Source: Octopus vulgaris (taxonomy: Eukaryota). From it: a DNA stretch of 64,000 nt. A model generated the notes under the pieces. That model worked only from the letters and a program-made list of their open reading frames with translations, searched no databases and had not been told where the DNA came from. The translations under genes and the position numbers were made by a program. Position 1 is the stretch's first letter. Each line of letters opens with the position of its first letter. Below, one piece after another: positions 39,333-54,002 of the stretch. The stretch covers positions 186,620,001 to 186,684,000 of the forward strand of contig OX597815.1 of assembly GCA_951406725.2 (NCBI GenBank), given 5' to 3'.

Positions 39333-40024
39333 TCCACACCGCCCTTGCCAGAGCACGGTCCGTGGACCGTGTATCTGCTCTCTCTCCCCGAACCCGCCCT
39401 GTAGTCTCCCGCCTCCCTTTTCCCCTCACTTACCACCCCACGACCCTACGTCTCCAACGCACCATTCTTCGAGCTTTCCGTCATCTCCAGTCCGACCCGT
39501 CCACTTCACACCTCTTCCCTAACCGACCCCTCCCCTCTTTCAAACGAGCCCACAACCTTCGAGACCTTTTGGTCCATAGCTCCTTCCCTGACCCTACCTC
39601 CCAACCCGGCTCGTTCCCCTGCTCCCGCCCACGTTGCCGCACTTGCCCTTACCTCTCCAACACCACCCGCCTCACTAGCACCCACCATCGACCCTATCCC
39701 ATCATCCACTCCTTCACCTGCACCTCCAGCAATATTATCTATTGCATCTCTTGCTCTCTCTGCAATTCCTTGTACATCGGACAAACGGGACGCCGCTTGG
39801 CTGACCGGTTTGCGGAACACCTACGTGACATCCACCTTGCGAACGACACACCGGTCTCACGCCATTTCCGCTCCACCGGTCACTCCTTGCAACACCTATC
39901 TGTGTTCGGTTTGTCCTTACACAGAGGCCATCCGGATTCCCGTTTGCGCCGTGAACAGGAATTAATCTTCTCTCTTCGCTCTTATACGCCATTTGGTCTC
40001 AACTCTCCCCCCCTCCTCATCTAA
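39239..40024 (+). pseudogene. PLE polyprotein C-terminus (RT thumb, linker Zn-finger, GIY-YIG endonuclease); frame open but 5'-truncated
   Basis: LRRLCSD...F..RGYP; CSRPRCRTC; FTCTSSNIIYCISCSLCNSLYIGQTGRRLADRFAEH; VSRHF; RLRREQELIFSLRSYTPFGLN. Confidence 0.93.
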
Positions 40025-40830
40025 CCCCCCTCTCACCCCTCCTCACCTATCCTTTCCCCCCGACCCCTACTTCTTCAGTCCTTCATCCTTTCACCCCTAC
40101 TCCCCTTCCCTTCTTCCCTCTTTCTCCCTCCCTCTTCCCCTTCCCTCTGCTCCCTCACTCCCTCTCTCCCCTTCTCTCTCTCCCTCTCCCTCTTTCCTCC
40201 TTCATCCCCCTCCTCCCCCATCCTCTCATCCCCCTCTTCTTCCCCTCCCCCCTCTTCTCCCCCTCCCCCTCTTCTCCTCACTACACCACATGACTTTACA
40301 CATCACATCACATATGATGTGCCATACTAATACACACACCAACTAATACATACTAATACGTACTAACACATACTAGTACATACTAATACATACACCAACC
40401 CTATACATACACACGTCCAGACCCCGCATACGCACTTATACTCTCTCATACACACACACACACACTTATACATACCAATACGTACTAATACATACTAATA
40501 CATACTAATACATACACCAACCCCATACATACGCACGTCCAGACCAATCCTACGCACTAATACTCTCTCATACACACACACACACACACACACCCTTATA
40601 CATACTAATACATACACCAACCCTATACATACACACATCCAGACCCCTCCTACGCACTATTAGCTGGTCCCTCAACCCTTTTATCAACCCTATTATCTCC
40701 CCTTATTTCGTTCTCGCGTCTCATGTTTGATCTTTGACCTCTGGCCGAAATCAGATCGCCATGTTGATTCGTTAGCTACTGCACGCATTTTTTTCTCTCC
40801 TTCTTTCTGTGTTTTTCTCTCTCTGTGTAT

Positions 40831-40866
40831 CTTTCTGTTGAAGAGCGTAGGCTCGAAACGTTAAAG
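40831..40866 (+). ncRNA. Minimal hammerhead ribozyme in the PLE pLTR (A6U variant)
   Basis: CUUU-CUGUUGA-A-GAGC GUAG GCUC-GAA-ACGU-U-AAAG. Confidence 0.75.
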
Positions 40867-40964
40867 ACTTGTTTTATTTATATTTCCTGAGCGCCATACT
40901 AATACAATTGTTCGTTTGTTTTCCACCTGCCTTCGTCTTTTGTTTATTTTCATAAAGCTTCCCG

Positions 40965-41035
<71 letters not shown>

Positions 41036-41039
<4 letters not shown>

Positions 41040-41203
41040 GAAAAAACACAAGACGAACGCAGGTAGTGTAGAAAACAAACTCGGGAATTGAAAAAGTCTT
41101 TAACGTTTCAAGCCTACGCTCTTCCACAGAAAGGAACACAGAAACAAACAAGGAGAGAGAAAATGTGTGTAGTGGCTACCGATCTATCATGGCGACTGCC
41201 AGA
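41036..41203 (-). mobile_element. Related solo pLTR in inverted orientation, with a hammerhead at 41098-41133
   Basis: CUUU-CUGUGGA-A-GAGC GUAG GCUU-GAA-ACGU-U-AAAG; a diverged reverse complement of 40750-40960. Confidence 0.8.
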
Positions 41204-41639
41204 CATATATATATATAAAACATACGTTATATAATTTCTTTCTGCCACGTTCCATACAGGTTATCGGGTTATCGTTGGTGTCAGCTCGACAATGTGATTT
41301 ATAACATTTTTCCGAAATTACCTGCGAAATAGATCGAATTAGAACTAAGTTGTTGCCAATTGAATTCTTAACCGCATCACTGTGCCTGCAAACATGTGGA
41401 ATATGTATGTATCAGGGTATAAAGATTGCATATTTGAAGGAAGGTGAGAAAATTGATATTGCGACATCACTGACATTACTGAAACCTAATATATTCAATA
41501 ACTGGAATAGTGTGTGCACCAAAACGAAACACACTTGGTTCCAAAATAAAATGTATTATACACGGATCAATGAATTAGTGACATCTGACTCGGCAGAAAT
41601 AATTTTTGTGATACTTCTAGTAGGATAATCAAAACATTT

Positions 41640-42900
41640 TGGTATCAAGCAAAATGTAGCAAATGTTTATTCGTTCAAGCAGACTGATATTACTTCCACG
41701 TTGATCACAGGTGACAGGATTGTTCGTTCTGCTTTTAGGATGACCCCTGCATGCAATGTCACTCCTATGTGCAATATTGGCATAGAATTTGGACACTCAG
41801 CGATTCCGAAGTTGACGAAACTGAAATATTAGTTGAGTACACAATATTTCAGAGATTTGCCTTTGAGACTGTCGATCATTATCATCCTATATAATTGGCT
41901 GATGAGCACTCAGCATCTTAAATCTGTTGTAATACTTACAACTTTTAATAAAATGATGTAGTGCGAAACAATTGTACCAAATTACCGGAGTCATTCTTGT
42001 TGCTTATTTTGATTATAATCCCCCCGCAAATTTTTATGGATAACACCATACAAAATACTGTCAGAGTCTTGCAATCTGATGCTTTGTAGCAAACTCTGCA
42101 TGCCAAGGATGTACTTCTAAATCAGTTGAGACCATACGTCAAGGGCTGCCACGTTTGAAGACAAGAACAAAACTTCATCTTCCTACCAGCATGATAATTG
42201 CACCTAACAGAGACCTCTCAACAACCTCGTCTACAATACGTTAATCCAGTTCATTATAATGGTAATTTGCCAGTTGACGCTGGGCAAAGACATGACCAAA
42301 CTTTTAAAGCAATCAGCAATATATCTAAAGAAATACTCCTGAAAGTTTATCTCTGGTTCTTACAGAATTACAGAAACCTTGAGTGGCTTGCGATCCTGAC
42401 TGTGATTGCTCCCAAAATTTACATTGAGTTGAATATCATTCAACCGGTAGTAGTCCAACTCAATTACTACAAATCGGTTTACACTGTCAGTTAATGATAA
42501 CGATGTTGCCAGAAATGCATCAAAATTTCTCACTTCCCTTCAGTTCAATTGTTTGCTTCCTCATATTCTGCATCTGAAAGTAGGAGCATCAATAAAGTAG
42601 AAATGAAATTTGTAAGGTCCCAAATTTTGTGGTGTGCAAAAGATTACGTGTCAAAATTCACATGCCCCTGATATGCAAAAGGAGAGACTGTTCTTTCATG
42701 CATCCTTAATCCCATCAAATATGCTATTTTATTTCCAGTGACTTCAGTTTCCAGAAACTCTTTTTCTAATATCACTAAGTTTCAGAGATAGTTTCTCGTG
42801 ACTGAAGAGGTAAAGTGATAAGTCTGTGTTTTTCTCGTTGCCGGTTATATATTATATTCCCAGTTGTTAGGTCTGGGAGTAATCTTATCATTAGGGAGCC
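41640..42900 (+). pseudogene. Decayed Helitron Pif1-like helicase
   Basis: Fragments across frameshifts: STLITGDRIVRSAF...PACNV, KVY...NYRNLEWL...VIAPK, YYKSVYTV, FLTSLQ...LPHILHLKVGASI, LIPSN...F...LQFP. These follow the order of Helitron helicase motifs. Confidence 0.75.
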
Positions 42901-43202
42901 AACCGAAGAACAAGAAATAGTTTCTCTCCCAGAGATCGTGTTAAATAAAACGTATTTTTGATAGAGCTACTTCTGGCTTATGTGTTGCATAGCAGGTTTG
43001 AACTGCAAGAAAATATATAAGGTAAAACGTGAATATAGTATTTTCTGGAGTCTACAATTGATATTATCAAGAAATATAGACCCAGAAAACGTCTCACACC
43101 ACAGAGATCAAATTGAATTCAAATTTAGACATTACAATGAAAAACTATAATGACATTCAAGAAAAACTTCATGTAGATACATGCGCGTGTCTATGAGAAG
43201 AA

Positions 43203-43255
<53 letters not shown>

Positions 43256-43267
43256 TGAGTATATACG

Positions 43268-43308
<41 letters not shown>

Positions 43309-43313
43309 GGTAC

Positions 43314-43385
<72 letters not shown>

Positions 43386-43430
43386 TTTTTGTATCGTCTT
43401 CTGGATGCTTTGCGTTCTTGTCCCAGTTTG

Positions 43431-43498
<68 letters not shown>

Positions 43499-43503
43499 TT
43501 ATA

Positions 43504-44301
<798 letters not shown>

Positions 44302-44947
44302 TATTATTATTGTTGTTGTTGTTGTTATCATTGTTATTGTTAGCTGCTCACAATACTGTTTGAATTCCAATTACTACCACTACTATTTTAAATATGCATA
44401 CCTTCTTCACCACTGTTTATGCTATCACAGATCGATATAAATATAACCAAATTCGGTGGGGAAAAAACAATAACACCAAATCATTGTCACAGCAGAAAAT
44501 AATATAAAATCGAAAAGAAAAACAAATATTGCCATGATATGAACCTATTTCCATATATGTCATATAATAATATCTCATCATTTATAACTGACACTTCGCG
44601 TTGGTCTGAACTGCCATTTTCTCTTATTTGAAAATATCTTTCGTTATGGATTTTTCTTTCTTGGTTTTATTTCTTAACACTGATATTCCAGTATGCAATA
44701 TTCTCGCATCGAAAACTTCTGAAATTGCTGTCTCCTTCGCACCCAACTCCACGCTGGTTGTACAATGTAGAAATTCTCTTAAAACTTTCCCTTTTCGACT
44801 CAAGAGATTCGCTACTATTTATTATTGTGCAAGTATCCGGAGTCACTTCCAACCATTGAGGCCACCACCCCTGACAACGCTTTTGACATCACTTTTAAAT
44901 AATGCTCCTCGCCAAAACTATTCAATCCTCCATGCATTTCGCCTCTT

Positions 44948-45002
<55 letters not shown>

Positions 45003-45005
45003 CTC

Positions 45006-45036
<31 letters not shown>

Positions 45037-45086
45037 CTCGTAAGGAATATATCCCAATACGCACACTACAGTTCTCATTCACAAGA

Positions 45087-45242
45087 TGTTGTGTGGACAC
45101 CCCCAGACGATGAGGTAGGCTAACCCAATACGTAGATATAAAGAGAGAAGCCTAGACGTGAGAGAGCACAGTCAAGAGTAGTAGAGTTGAGTAACGCTCA
45201 GAGGTGTAGAGTAATAGAGGCATCTGGACGTGCGACATAACA
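45087..45242 (+). mobile_element. Solo mini-LTR (156 bp) with 5-bp TSD CAAGA
   Basis: caaga|TGTTGTGT...ACATAACA|caaga; homologous to 32960-33102; internal TATA-like 'gatataaag'. Confidence 0.85.
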
Positions 45243-47075
45243 CAAGAGGAGGAACCCGTCGGAAATCACCAACTTGGAGCATTCGCACTTCCAATATCAG
45301 AAATATAATCGAGACTGCTAACAACCTTCACCAACAACTTGAATCACGCGTCTTTCATTGTGACTAACACTATGGCTTTCGTAAAGTCGGATCCTCTAGA
45401 TACCGTGTTGTCCTATGTGTCTCACTAGAGGATTTCGCTCTCAAAATATTGGGTAGACATAGTGTTGCTTCACCCAACATCATTCAACTAGAATTTCTCA
45501 CAGCTGTAATAAATACTAATTCTTACTTTGATTGAGAAATCTTTCCCAACGAACACGTCCGTAATATAGTAAAACTGTATCATTTCTCCAAATGAGAAAA
45601 TAATTTATTTTGCTAAAATTACTTATCTTCTACAAGGTTTGAGTTGGATACACACTGAAGTGGCCTAAAAGTACTGCTTCTACACCTTCAGGTATTCTAG
45701 ACTGCTTTTACAAAGAGACAGACCAACATGAAGTTTCTCTCCAACAAATTCTAATCTTGAAACTAGATTACGTATTGCTCATTCGTATAGATGGTATATA
45801 AATCGGTATAAATTTGATTAGTGTGCATGAAATGAATACTGAAGATAAACAAGCAGGTGGTTTTCTCGGTGTAAAGCATTTTTGACTGAAGACAGGGTGC
45901 TAGATAGTTTCGGTAAGGTTAGTGCAGACACTTGGAAATTGTATCATAAAGCGCTACTTCAATTTGACCAAAGTGTGTGGAGAATGTGTGATACAAGAAA
46001 ACATCATTTTAACGCCTGTTGGCTTGCGGGTATTATGATTTGCATTTACAATGCCTTATCGGCGGTGGTAATGCTATGTATGATAGATTGTAATCTTCAA
46101 AATAGCTGCAAAAGATTGCAGCGAGTGAACTGCTAAATAGTTTTCAGGTGCGATGTTTTATATGTGAGGGTTGCGATAAGGCACACCCGCCAGGCTGGTT
46201 TTCCAATAAGTCATATTTGAATTATATTTGTTACTGAAATATTTTTATTTCCTACAAACCATACTCCTGGCTCCGATAAACAAAATTCAGAGAAATGCTC
46301 AAAGGAATTTGACTGTTTAATGCGCTACTAAAAAATACATAAGAGATTATTTTGAAAGTAAATAGAGTTAGTTTGGTGTCTTGCTTATGTAAATTTATAC
46401 AAAATGAAGTGAAAGTGAATTTTTAATGACTTGGCCGACATTTACAAATAGTTTACTGTGAAAACTTTTTTTGAATCCATCAAACTCTAAAATAATCTTT
46501 TTTGCCCTGATTAAATTTTTATATTTGTTTGTTTGTTTATCAACGATGCGACAAACCACGATAGTCTTTCGATAATTTTCGTACAGGCTGTCTTTATAAA
46601 TGACACTAATCTTACATCGTCAGTTAATAGATTGAATTTTATCTATCGTTTGTACAAAACGATAATGAAATGATCATATATTGCAGGATCATATATTGAT
46701 ATAAAATTACGTGTATTCTATTTCTATATATTTTCAATTGCAGCCCAATACGTAAACGATTTGAAGACAATGCAACAACATCCAAATGAAAAATAAAACA
46801 ATTGGCCTCCTTACAGTTTCGATTTTCGTATAAGTCAGGAGTATGCGATAAATGTATAAGTTTATCTTTCATATAATTATGATAAGGTTCATAACCGAAA
46901 AACTTGAAGCAGAAAATGCTTTTCACTTAGAATTGCATAACAAAACACATTTCTTTATTTGGCCTACACACAGCATTTTTGTAATGAATAACTTTAAACT
47001 ATACCAACGATAAAACTATGTCTCAAACTCATTAAGTATTCTTACAAGAGACCACGTTACGTAATACGTAACATA

Positions 47076-47575
47076 TCGTAAATCCTCGAGTATAGTCCGC
47101 CCTTGAGTATGATACACAGGGGAATTTTAGGGGGCTGTACTTCTGAAAAACCTAAACCTTGTCTATAATACGCACCCCTTCTCTAACTCGAGTCGTGCTT
47201 AATTAAACCAGCACCACATAGTCGAATATTTCCGCGCATGCGTAATACAATAATGGTGATGTTCTTAACTGGGAATGTAAATATATTTGCAAATTGTTTT
47301 TGCTACATGTTATTCTGTGTTCTAAATATTTTTATTTTAATAAATATTGCTTACTGCAAGTTACGGATGATTCTTTTATGGCTTCATTGCTTTCAAGCTT
47401 ACCTTAAGGTATTTTCGCGTACGACGTCACAAAATGCGTCTGAATAAACAAATAGAGACTCGGACATTGCTTAGAAAATATTTTTCATTTTTAACCTCGT
47501 ATATAATACGCACTAGTGATTTTGACCTTTAAATTTTTTTGGGGGGAAATGCGGATTATACTCGAGGATTTACGG
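47076..47575. mobile_element. Tc1/mariner-pogo-type MITE with TA TSD
   Basis: TIRs ta|(t)cgtaaatcctcgagtatagtccgc ... gcggattatactcgaggatttacgg|ta. Confidence 0.85.
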
Positions 47576-47895
47576 TAATTAGATTAATTTCATAAATGGT
47601 GTTTATGTTTTTAATCTCACTACATGCTATTAGTATTCGCTCTGAAATTACGTCATCATATTCTAATGGTTGATAACGTACAGGTAACATCTGGTTTCGG
47701 ATAATGCGGTGATACAGAGTTATTCCCGCAAAACAAATCCCGTGGTTTAACATTTTCCCCGTACTTATATCACAATAATTATATAACTATAAATTGGTTA
47801 CATAGACGTACTTGTATTTATTTCCTATTTTCGATCGTAAAAATTCAGCGCTGGCCCTAATTTCTATTGACAAACTGCACAGATATGACAATCAT

Positions 47896-48214
47896 TTTTA
47901 TTTATTTATGCGCCCCATTTCAAGCCTAACCAGGCTCATGGGCCCGATTTCCCGGTTTCTGTGGCATATGCGTTCCCCCCAGCTGGACGGCACGCCAGTC
48001 CATCGCAGCGTTACTCAAGAAACAGAAAGAAAGAGTGAGAGATAGTTGGTACGAAAGAGTACAACAGGGGTTGCCATCACCCCCCTGCCGGAGCCTCGTG
48101 GAGCTTTTAGGTATTTTCGCTCAATAAGCACACACAACGCCCGGTCTGGGAATCGAAACCGCGATCCTCGGTCCGCGAGTCCGCTGCTCTAACCACCGGG
48201 CCATTGCGCCTCCC
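47896..48214 (-). mobile_element. SINE with B head and V-domain-like tail; TSD atga(c/t)aatcat
   Basis: The tail 'gtaacgctgcgatggactggcgtgccgtccagc...gggcccatgagcctgg' is shared with 60907-61174. Confidence 0.88.
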
Positions 48215-48852
48215 ATGATAATCATACATATTACATATGTGTTTGCGTTATGTTTTGTTATCTAAATCTAAACTCAATTGCTGCTATATTTATCTATATA
48301 ACCATAATTAAAACTGAAACAGAACTGGATAATAAATCTGGTCGTGCGTTTTACTGATGAACAACACGCAGTTCATAGGATTCCGTTTCGTTTACCGATA
48401 TCTGTTATAGAAAATTTCGCCAGTTTCAGAAAGAAGAAACACATGCAATAATAAGTTGAACAATGTTTCTAGAATTACCTTGATAACACGATATAGTAAA
48501 TACCTTCGAATATTGGAGCTGTATAGGAATACAATATTGTTAATTACAGAAATTAAAGCTTCCGTCGATAAAGCTTAATCAATTTGATTAAGCCTTTGGT
48601 ATTATCTGCTGTATTCCATGCCATTCACTTCCACTGTAATATACAACATTCAGATGTTTCAAAATACAGCGTGGCACACACACACACACACACACACACG
48701 CGCGCACGCACACATACACACACACATACACACACACGCATACACACACACACGCATACACACACACACGCATACACACACACGCGCATACACACACACA
48801 TACACACACGCGCGCATACACACACGCGCATAGACACACGCATACACACACA

Positions 48853-49109
48853 CTCGTGAAATTAAGATGCAAGTGGTTGAGCACTCCACAGACACGTGTA
48901 GACTTAACGTAGTTTTCGTGGAGATTCAGCATGAGACAGAATGTGACGAATCTGGCCCTTTGAAATACAAAATACTGCTCATTTCCACCAGCTGAGTGGA
49001 CTGGAGCAATGTGAAATAAAGTGTCTTGCTGAAGGACATACCGCATCGTCGGGAATCGAACTCACGACCTTACTACCGTGGGCCAAATCACTAAACCACG
49101 CGCCTTCAC
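48853..49109 (-). mobile_element. SINE family D with B-type tail
   Basis: Same architecture as 17975-18270. Confidence 0.82.
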
Positions 49110-49807
49110 GATATATATATAAACTGAAACAATATCACATATCTTTGCTATACCCCATTAAATTGACTTTGGTACTAGCACTTAATTGGTACCAATTTTA
49201 TTAAACACAGAAAAGATGAAAGAGAAAATGGAACTCACCATGTAAGCAGCATAGAGGCATGAAACGGAACACCACTAGGTATTTTTCTTATGCTCTATTT
49301 CTTAATGGTTAAGCATTTTTAGGGCGAAGAATTTGTATATAATTAAAGCGGTATCTACTTATGATTCTTTATATTGAAATCTTGCATAGAGTAACTTTGC
49401 ATTTTCCGTTTTCGGATCGATAAGGTAAAGTATCATATCAATATTGGGTTTCGTCTTAATTGACTATATCTACCCCCAAAAATTCGTGGATTTGTACCAA
49501 CATTAGAAACAGATACCTTTAACAAGTTCTTCGTTTTTGTTTTCGATTCTACAAATTTATTTTATATACATTTGCAGTAGTACATTTAGATCATTTTATA
49601 TATGTGCAGATAAAGATTTGTTCGTAGATTTAAGTATGTATATACGTGGTGTGTATGAGAGAAACACAGGAAAAATGTGTATGCATATGAGAGAGAGAGT
49701 ATATACGTTTGCATATGTATATTTGCATCTCTATATATTTACAGATTTTACATATACACCAGTTCACACAAACACAAACGTGTGTGTATACATACATACA
49801 TACATAC

Positions 49808-49880
<73 letters not shown>

Positions 49881-50634
49881 ACATTATTATATTCATTCTG
49901 TTTCATTTGCTCCGTAAAAGCAATCAAATAAAATTTGCAAACAGACACTGAGAATATTTATCATTTCGGTGCATAATTTAAACCCTCGTTTCCGGTCTTA
50001 TTTCCTGTTAGCTAAATACGTTTAATGTTTTTTTTTGTTTCCTGAAACGTTCAAATTTTCATTCCAAATAGCACAATTATTTAATATATCGCTGTTCTAA
50101 TAATATCAGATACATAAATATTATTCCAATTGAGCTGTAAACATTAGTATATAAATATTACATAAACTAACTTGTTATACAATATGCTAGCATTAAAAAT
50201 AAAACTCTAAATATAATATATTTATTTCACATGAAGTTACCAATTTAGAAATAAGTTTCATAACTGAACAGCTGTAGCAAATAACATATAACTTATAATA
50301 AAAATTGAAATTTTCCCTCTTATTTTAGTAGGATGTGTTCGCTTAAATCTATTATTTGGTTTCGTTATTCTTTCCACTTGAATAAATGTTAATTTCAATA
50401 GCCTTTAAATGCCGTACACGAACGTTCACTTCTAGATGCCATCAGCTAGCAAAAGCACCAGCAAAATATATTTCTAGACTAACAAATAAATATTTTCGCA
50501 ATTTAAATACAACTTTGATCTACGACTCTATTCTCTTTTATGTATTTTTAATACTAACTCCACGAAAACAAAAATTGTTATTTTGTTGTTTGTATTCAAT
50601 AATACTGCCGATTGGTAACAGATTATCTCTCCGG

Positions 50635-50691
<57 letters not shown>

Positions 50692-50803
50692 GAGATGGAT
50701 AGATAGATAGATAGACAGATAAAGATATGAAGCTCCCAGTGCCAGAGCAGAATTTAAGAGTAATCTTACAGATTGCCTATCCATATGAACAGCATTTTAA
50801 ACG

Positions 50804-50830
<27 letters not shown>

Positions 50831-50835
<5 letters not shown>

Positions 50836-51075
50836 CGTATATTTGCCATTTGAATATGGCTAACCCCTAAGGGTGAATGCTACTGTAGTTTGTAGCCCCA
50901 GGAGGACACCTCCTCCAGCTGGCTATAGACACACATTATGTGCCCTATCAGTATTTGCAAAGGGAAGCCATCCTTCCCGTCTTCAACTTATGATACACAC
51001 GGACTCGAGTTTCAGGGTATTGACCCGTCATCGGCGTGTGACAATCATAGTTGTCGATGAGAAGTAGGTTCCCTT
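50831..51075 (-). mobile_element. Short TA-abutting retrozyme/PLE-derived element
   Basis: Homologous to the 737-1284 repeat unit ('gccagctggagga.tgtc.tcctgggg...acagta.ca...tggcaaatata'); contains an intact hammerhead. Confidence 0.75.
50997..51039 (-). ncRNA. Minimal hammerhead ribozyme (U4C), GUC cleavage site
   Basis: ACACG-CCGAUGA-C-GGGU CAAU ACCC-U-GAA-ACUCGAGU-C-CGUGU. Confidence 0.85.
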
Positions 51076-51183
51076 CACAAATACATATACTTTTTCCAGT
51101 ATCGATTGACACTGATTTTGAAAAAGTGAAATCAAACAATGATAAATCTCAGAACGAGTTATAAACAGTAGCAGCAACACATC

Positions 51184-51252
<69 letters not shown>

Positions 51253-51327
51253 TAATATGTGTGTGTATGTGTGCGTGTATACATACATACATACATACAT
51301 ACATACATACATACATACATACATACA

Positions 51328-51360
<33 letters not shown>

Positions 51361-51709
51361 CCATACATAGTATTGACTGACAACATTTTGATCCCTTTCC
51401 AAAGAAAAGCATAACCAATATATAGTGTCAAGGCTATATTCATTAGAATGTCTTGTATGTATGTATGTATGTATGTATGTATGTATGTATGTATGTATGT
51501 ATGTATGTATGTATGTATGCATGTATGTATGTATGTATGTATGTATGTGGGTGTGTGTATGTGTGTATGTACGTATATATGCCAGGTTACTTGTATCTCT
51601 CGTGCATGCTACTGGTAACATGAAATCAAGTACAGCCTGTTGCATAGTCGCTGATAGCCTTCCTCGATCACGAATGGACAGCCATCATATATGTATCCAT
51701 GTATGAATA

Positions 51710-52790
51710 CATTAGGGGTAACGAAACTAGTGACGCATTTCATGCAATGAGTTCAAATCAGCATAAGAAATATCGCAAATATGTTTTTATTAGTTCAAAA
51801 TATAATCGCCAGCATTAGCAATAATATTTTCATACCTCGAAATCAGATCACTGAATCTTGGGGCAAAAGTATCCAGTTCTTTAGAAGACTAAAATGTTTG
51901 GATTGCCGTTTCGACATCGTCTTTGTTTCTAAATGTTCTTGCACTGGTAACGTGCTCAAGTGACCTAAATAAGTAAAAACAAAATCTTCTAATGATGCCG
52001 GTGATTAGGGAATATGATCTTCTGAGCAGGGAGTATGAGGCAGAGCTACGAAGCTTAATGAATGTAATTTTTGTTGGTTTATCTTCACTGAATGCGGCCT
52101 TGCATCATTATATACTGCAGGAGAATTCTCTTTGTGTTACCTAGTTCCATTTCTCTGTACACTTCTCCGAGCTGCTTGAGATGGTCTTGCAGAGTGGACC
52201 ACGGTGTATTAATCCACCTGTAAAATCCCTCGATACTTTTACGTAGATCCTCGTCAATTGGTGTTATCACTGCGTCATTATTGATAACAGTTCGTTCATC
52301 TGGTGGGTACCCATTCAAAGGATCAACACCACCGATTTTATATTGTTTAAATTTCCTTTGGTGGAGGCACATGGCCTAGTGGTTAGAGCAGCGGATTCGC
52401 GATCGAGGGATTGCGGGTTGGAATCTCAGACAGGGCTGAGTGTGTTTATGAGCTCCACGCGGCTCTGGCAGAAGGTAATGGCGAACTTCTGCTGACTCTT
52501 TCGCCACAACTTTCTCTCACCCTTTCTTTCTGCATCTTGCAGCTCACCTGCGACGAACCGGCGTCCCGTCCAGGTGGGGAACCTATACGCCAAGGAAACC
52601 GGGAAACCGGCCCTTATGAGCCATGCATGGCTCGAGAAGGAACAAACAACACAACAACAAACTTCCTTTGACAATTTCCGAACATTCAAACCATCAGGAT
52701 ATACAGTACATATATTTTCCTTTTCACGTCTTACATTCTTACTTTTGCGAAATTCGTAAAGCATGCAATGCCGTAGATGTATCTCACGAA
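51710..52790 (-). pseudogene. Decayed mariner transposon interrupted by a SINE
   Basis: RHCMLYEFRK...NICTVY..., then after the SINE ...INNDAV...IDEDLRKS...STLQDHLKQLGEV, and C-terminal IIANAGDYILN*. TIR-like 'ttaggggtaacgaaactagtgacgcattt'. Confidence 0.7.
52361..52658 (+). mobile_element. SINE with B head and V-like tail; TSD aaa(t/c)ttcctttg
   Basis: Near-identical to 27348-27649, with a flanking 12-bp duplication. Confidence 0.9.
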
Positions 52791-53184
52791 AACCCTAGTC
52801 TTCTCTGGGCCGCCAGATAGAGCATATCTACACACACAGCAAGTATCCTTATTAACGATTGGTCATTAACTCAATGCTGATTAGTTGACTGCAAAGATAT
52901 TTAAATAGATTTGTAAACCTCGCAATGGTATGCCATCTTGACTACTTGCACGAAGATACGACATTTCATTTCGGTAACTTGAGTACATACATATACATAC
53001 ATAATACATACATACATGAACATTTAATGTGGTTTTAGAGTCAAGGTTTTGGCTGCTATTTCCAGCGTGGAGGTATTTCATAGATATCTAAATTATAATT
53101 TATATATATATATGTTGTTTACACCCCTGTCTTCGTCTTTTATGTTCTTTTTGTAAATATTCACTATATATATATATATATATA

Positions 53185-53581
53185 GGCGCAGGAGTGGCTG
53201 TGTGGTAAGCAGCTTGCTAACCAACCACATGGTTGCGGGTTCAGTCCCACTGCGTGGCATCTTGGGCAAGTGTCTTCTGCTATAGCCCCGGGCCGACCAA
53301 TGCCTTGTGAGTGGATTTGGTAGACGGAAACTGAAAGAAGCCTGTCGTATATATGTATATATATATGTATGTATGTTTGTGTGTCTGTGTTTGTCCCCCT
53401 AGCATTGCTTGACAACCGATGCTGGTGTGTTTACGTCCCCGTCACTTAGTGGTTCGGCAAAAAGAGACCGATAGAATAAGTACTGGGCTTACAAAGAATA
53501 AGTCCCGGGGTCGATTTGCTCGACTAAAGGCGGTGCTCCAGCATGGCCGCAGTCAATGACTGAAACAAGTAAAAGTAAGTA

Positions 53582-53582
<1 letters not shown>
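53185..53582 (+). mobile_element. SINE family A, full length
   Basis: Reference-quality copy. Confidence 0.93.
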
Positions 53583-53621
<39 letters not shown>

Positions 53622-53867
53622 GCGTGTGTGTGAGTGTGTGTGTGTGTGTGTGTATAAGTATGTATGTATATATTGGGCGTTTTGGTCTTTCTCGATGAAT
53701 ATTTAATCATTAAACGTTGAAATATTTCTTATTATTTATTTGTTTCCTTTCACAATTAGTTTAAATACAGAAATACAATGACCAAGTACACTAGTTCTCA
53801 AAAATGGTACTTGACTTAATTGAATCATGCAACTGTTTATCAGAAACAGCGTACCGCATAAACTTAC

Positions 53868-54002
53868 CGAGTTTATTCAGCAACAGCAAATAACTCTGAC
53901 AGCAAAAGTCTATTTGGCCAGACATGATATATAAAGAAAGCAAATTATTTGTATAGTTGTTTATCAATAATGATACATTGGTGGTATTGAGAATGTTAAG
54001 AC
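53868..54002 (-). CDS. Candidate internal exon of an unknown host gene (135 nt, phase 1-1)
   Basis: ctattctattcag|G acceptor and G|GTAAGT donor; the only open frame is (G)LNILNTTNVSLLINNYTNNLLSLYIMSGQIDFCCQSYLLLLNKL(G). No homology was recognised. Confidence 0.3.

Larger units (their letters stand above)
39039..40965 (+). mobile_element. 5'-truncated Penelope-like retroelement (Neptune-like) inserted in (TA)n
   Basis: RT thumb remnant, Zn-finger/GIY-YIG ORF, C/T-rich and ACATACTAAT-repeat 3' region, and a pLTR with a hammerhead; (TA)n on both sides. Confidence 0.92.

Noticed and set aside
39993-40346. Pro/Ser/Leu-rich ORF and the antisense ORFs over the PLE
   Set aside because: These come from the low-complexity C/T-rich 3' region and from shadow frames of the PLE ORF.
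45350-45580. Possible Gypsy gag remnant downstream of the solo LTR
   Set aside because: The resemblance is too weak, and the LTR has its own TSD, so it is not attached to this sequence.
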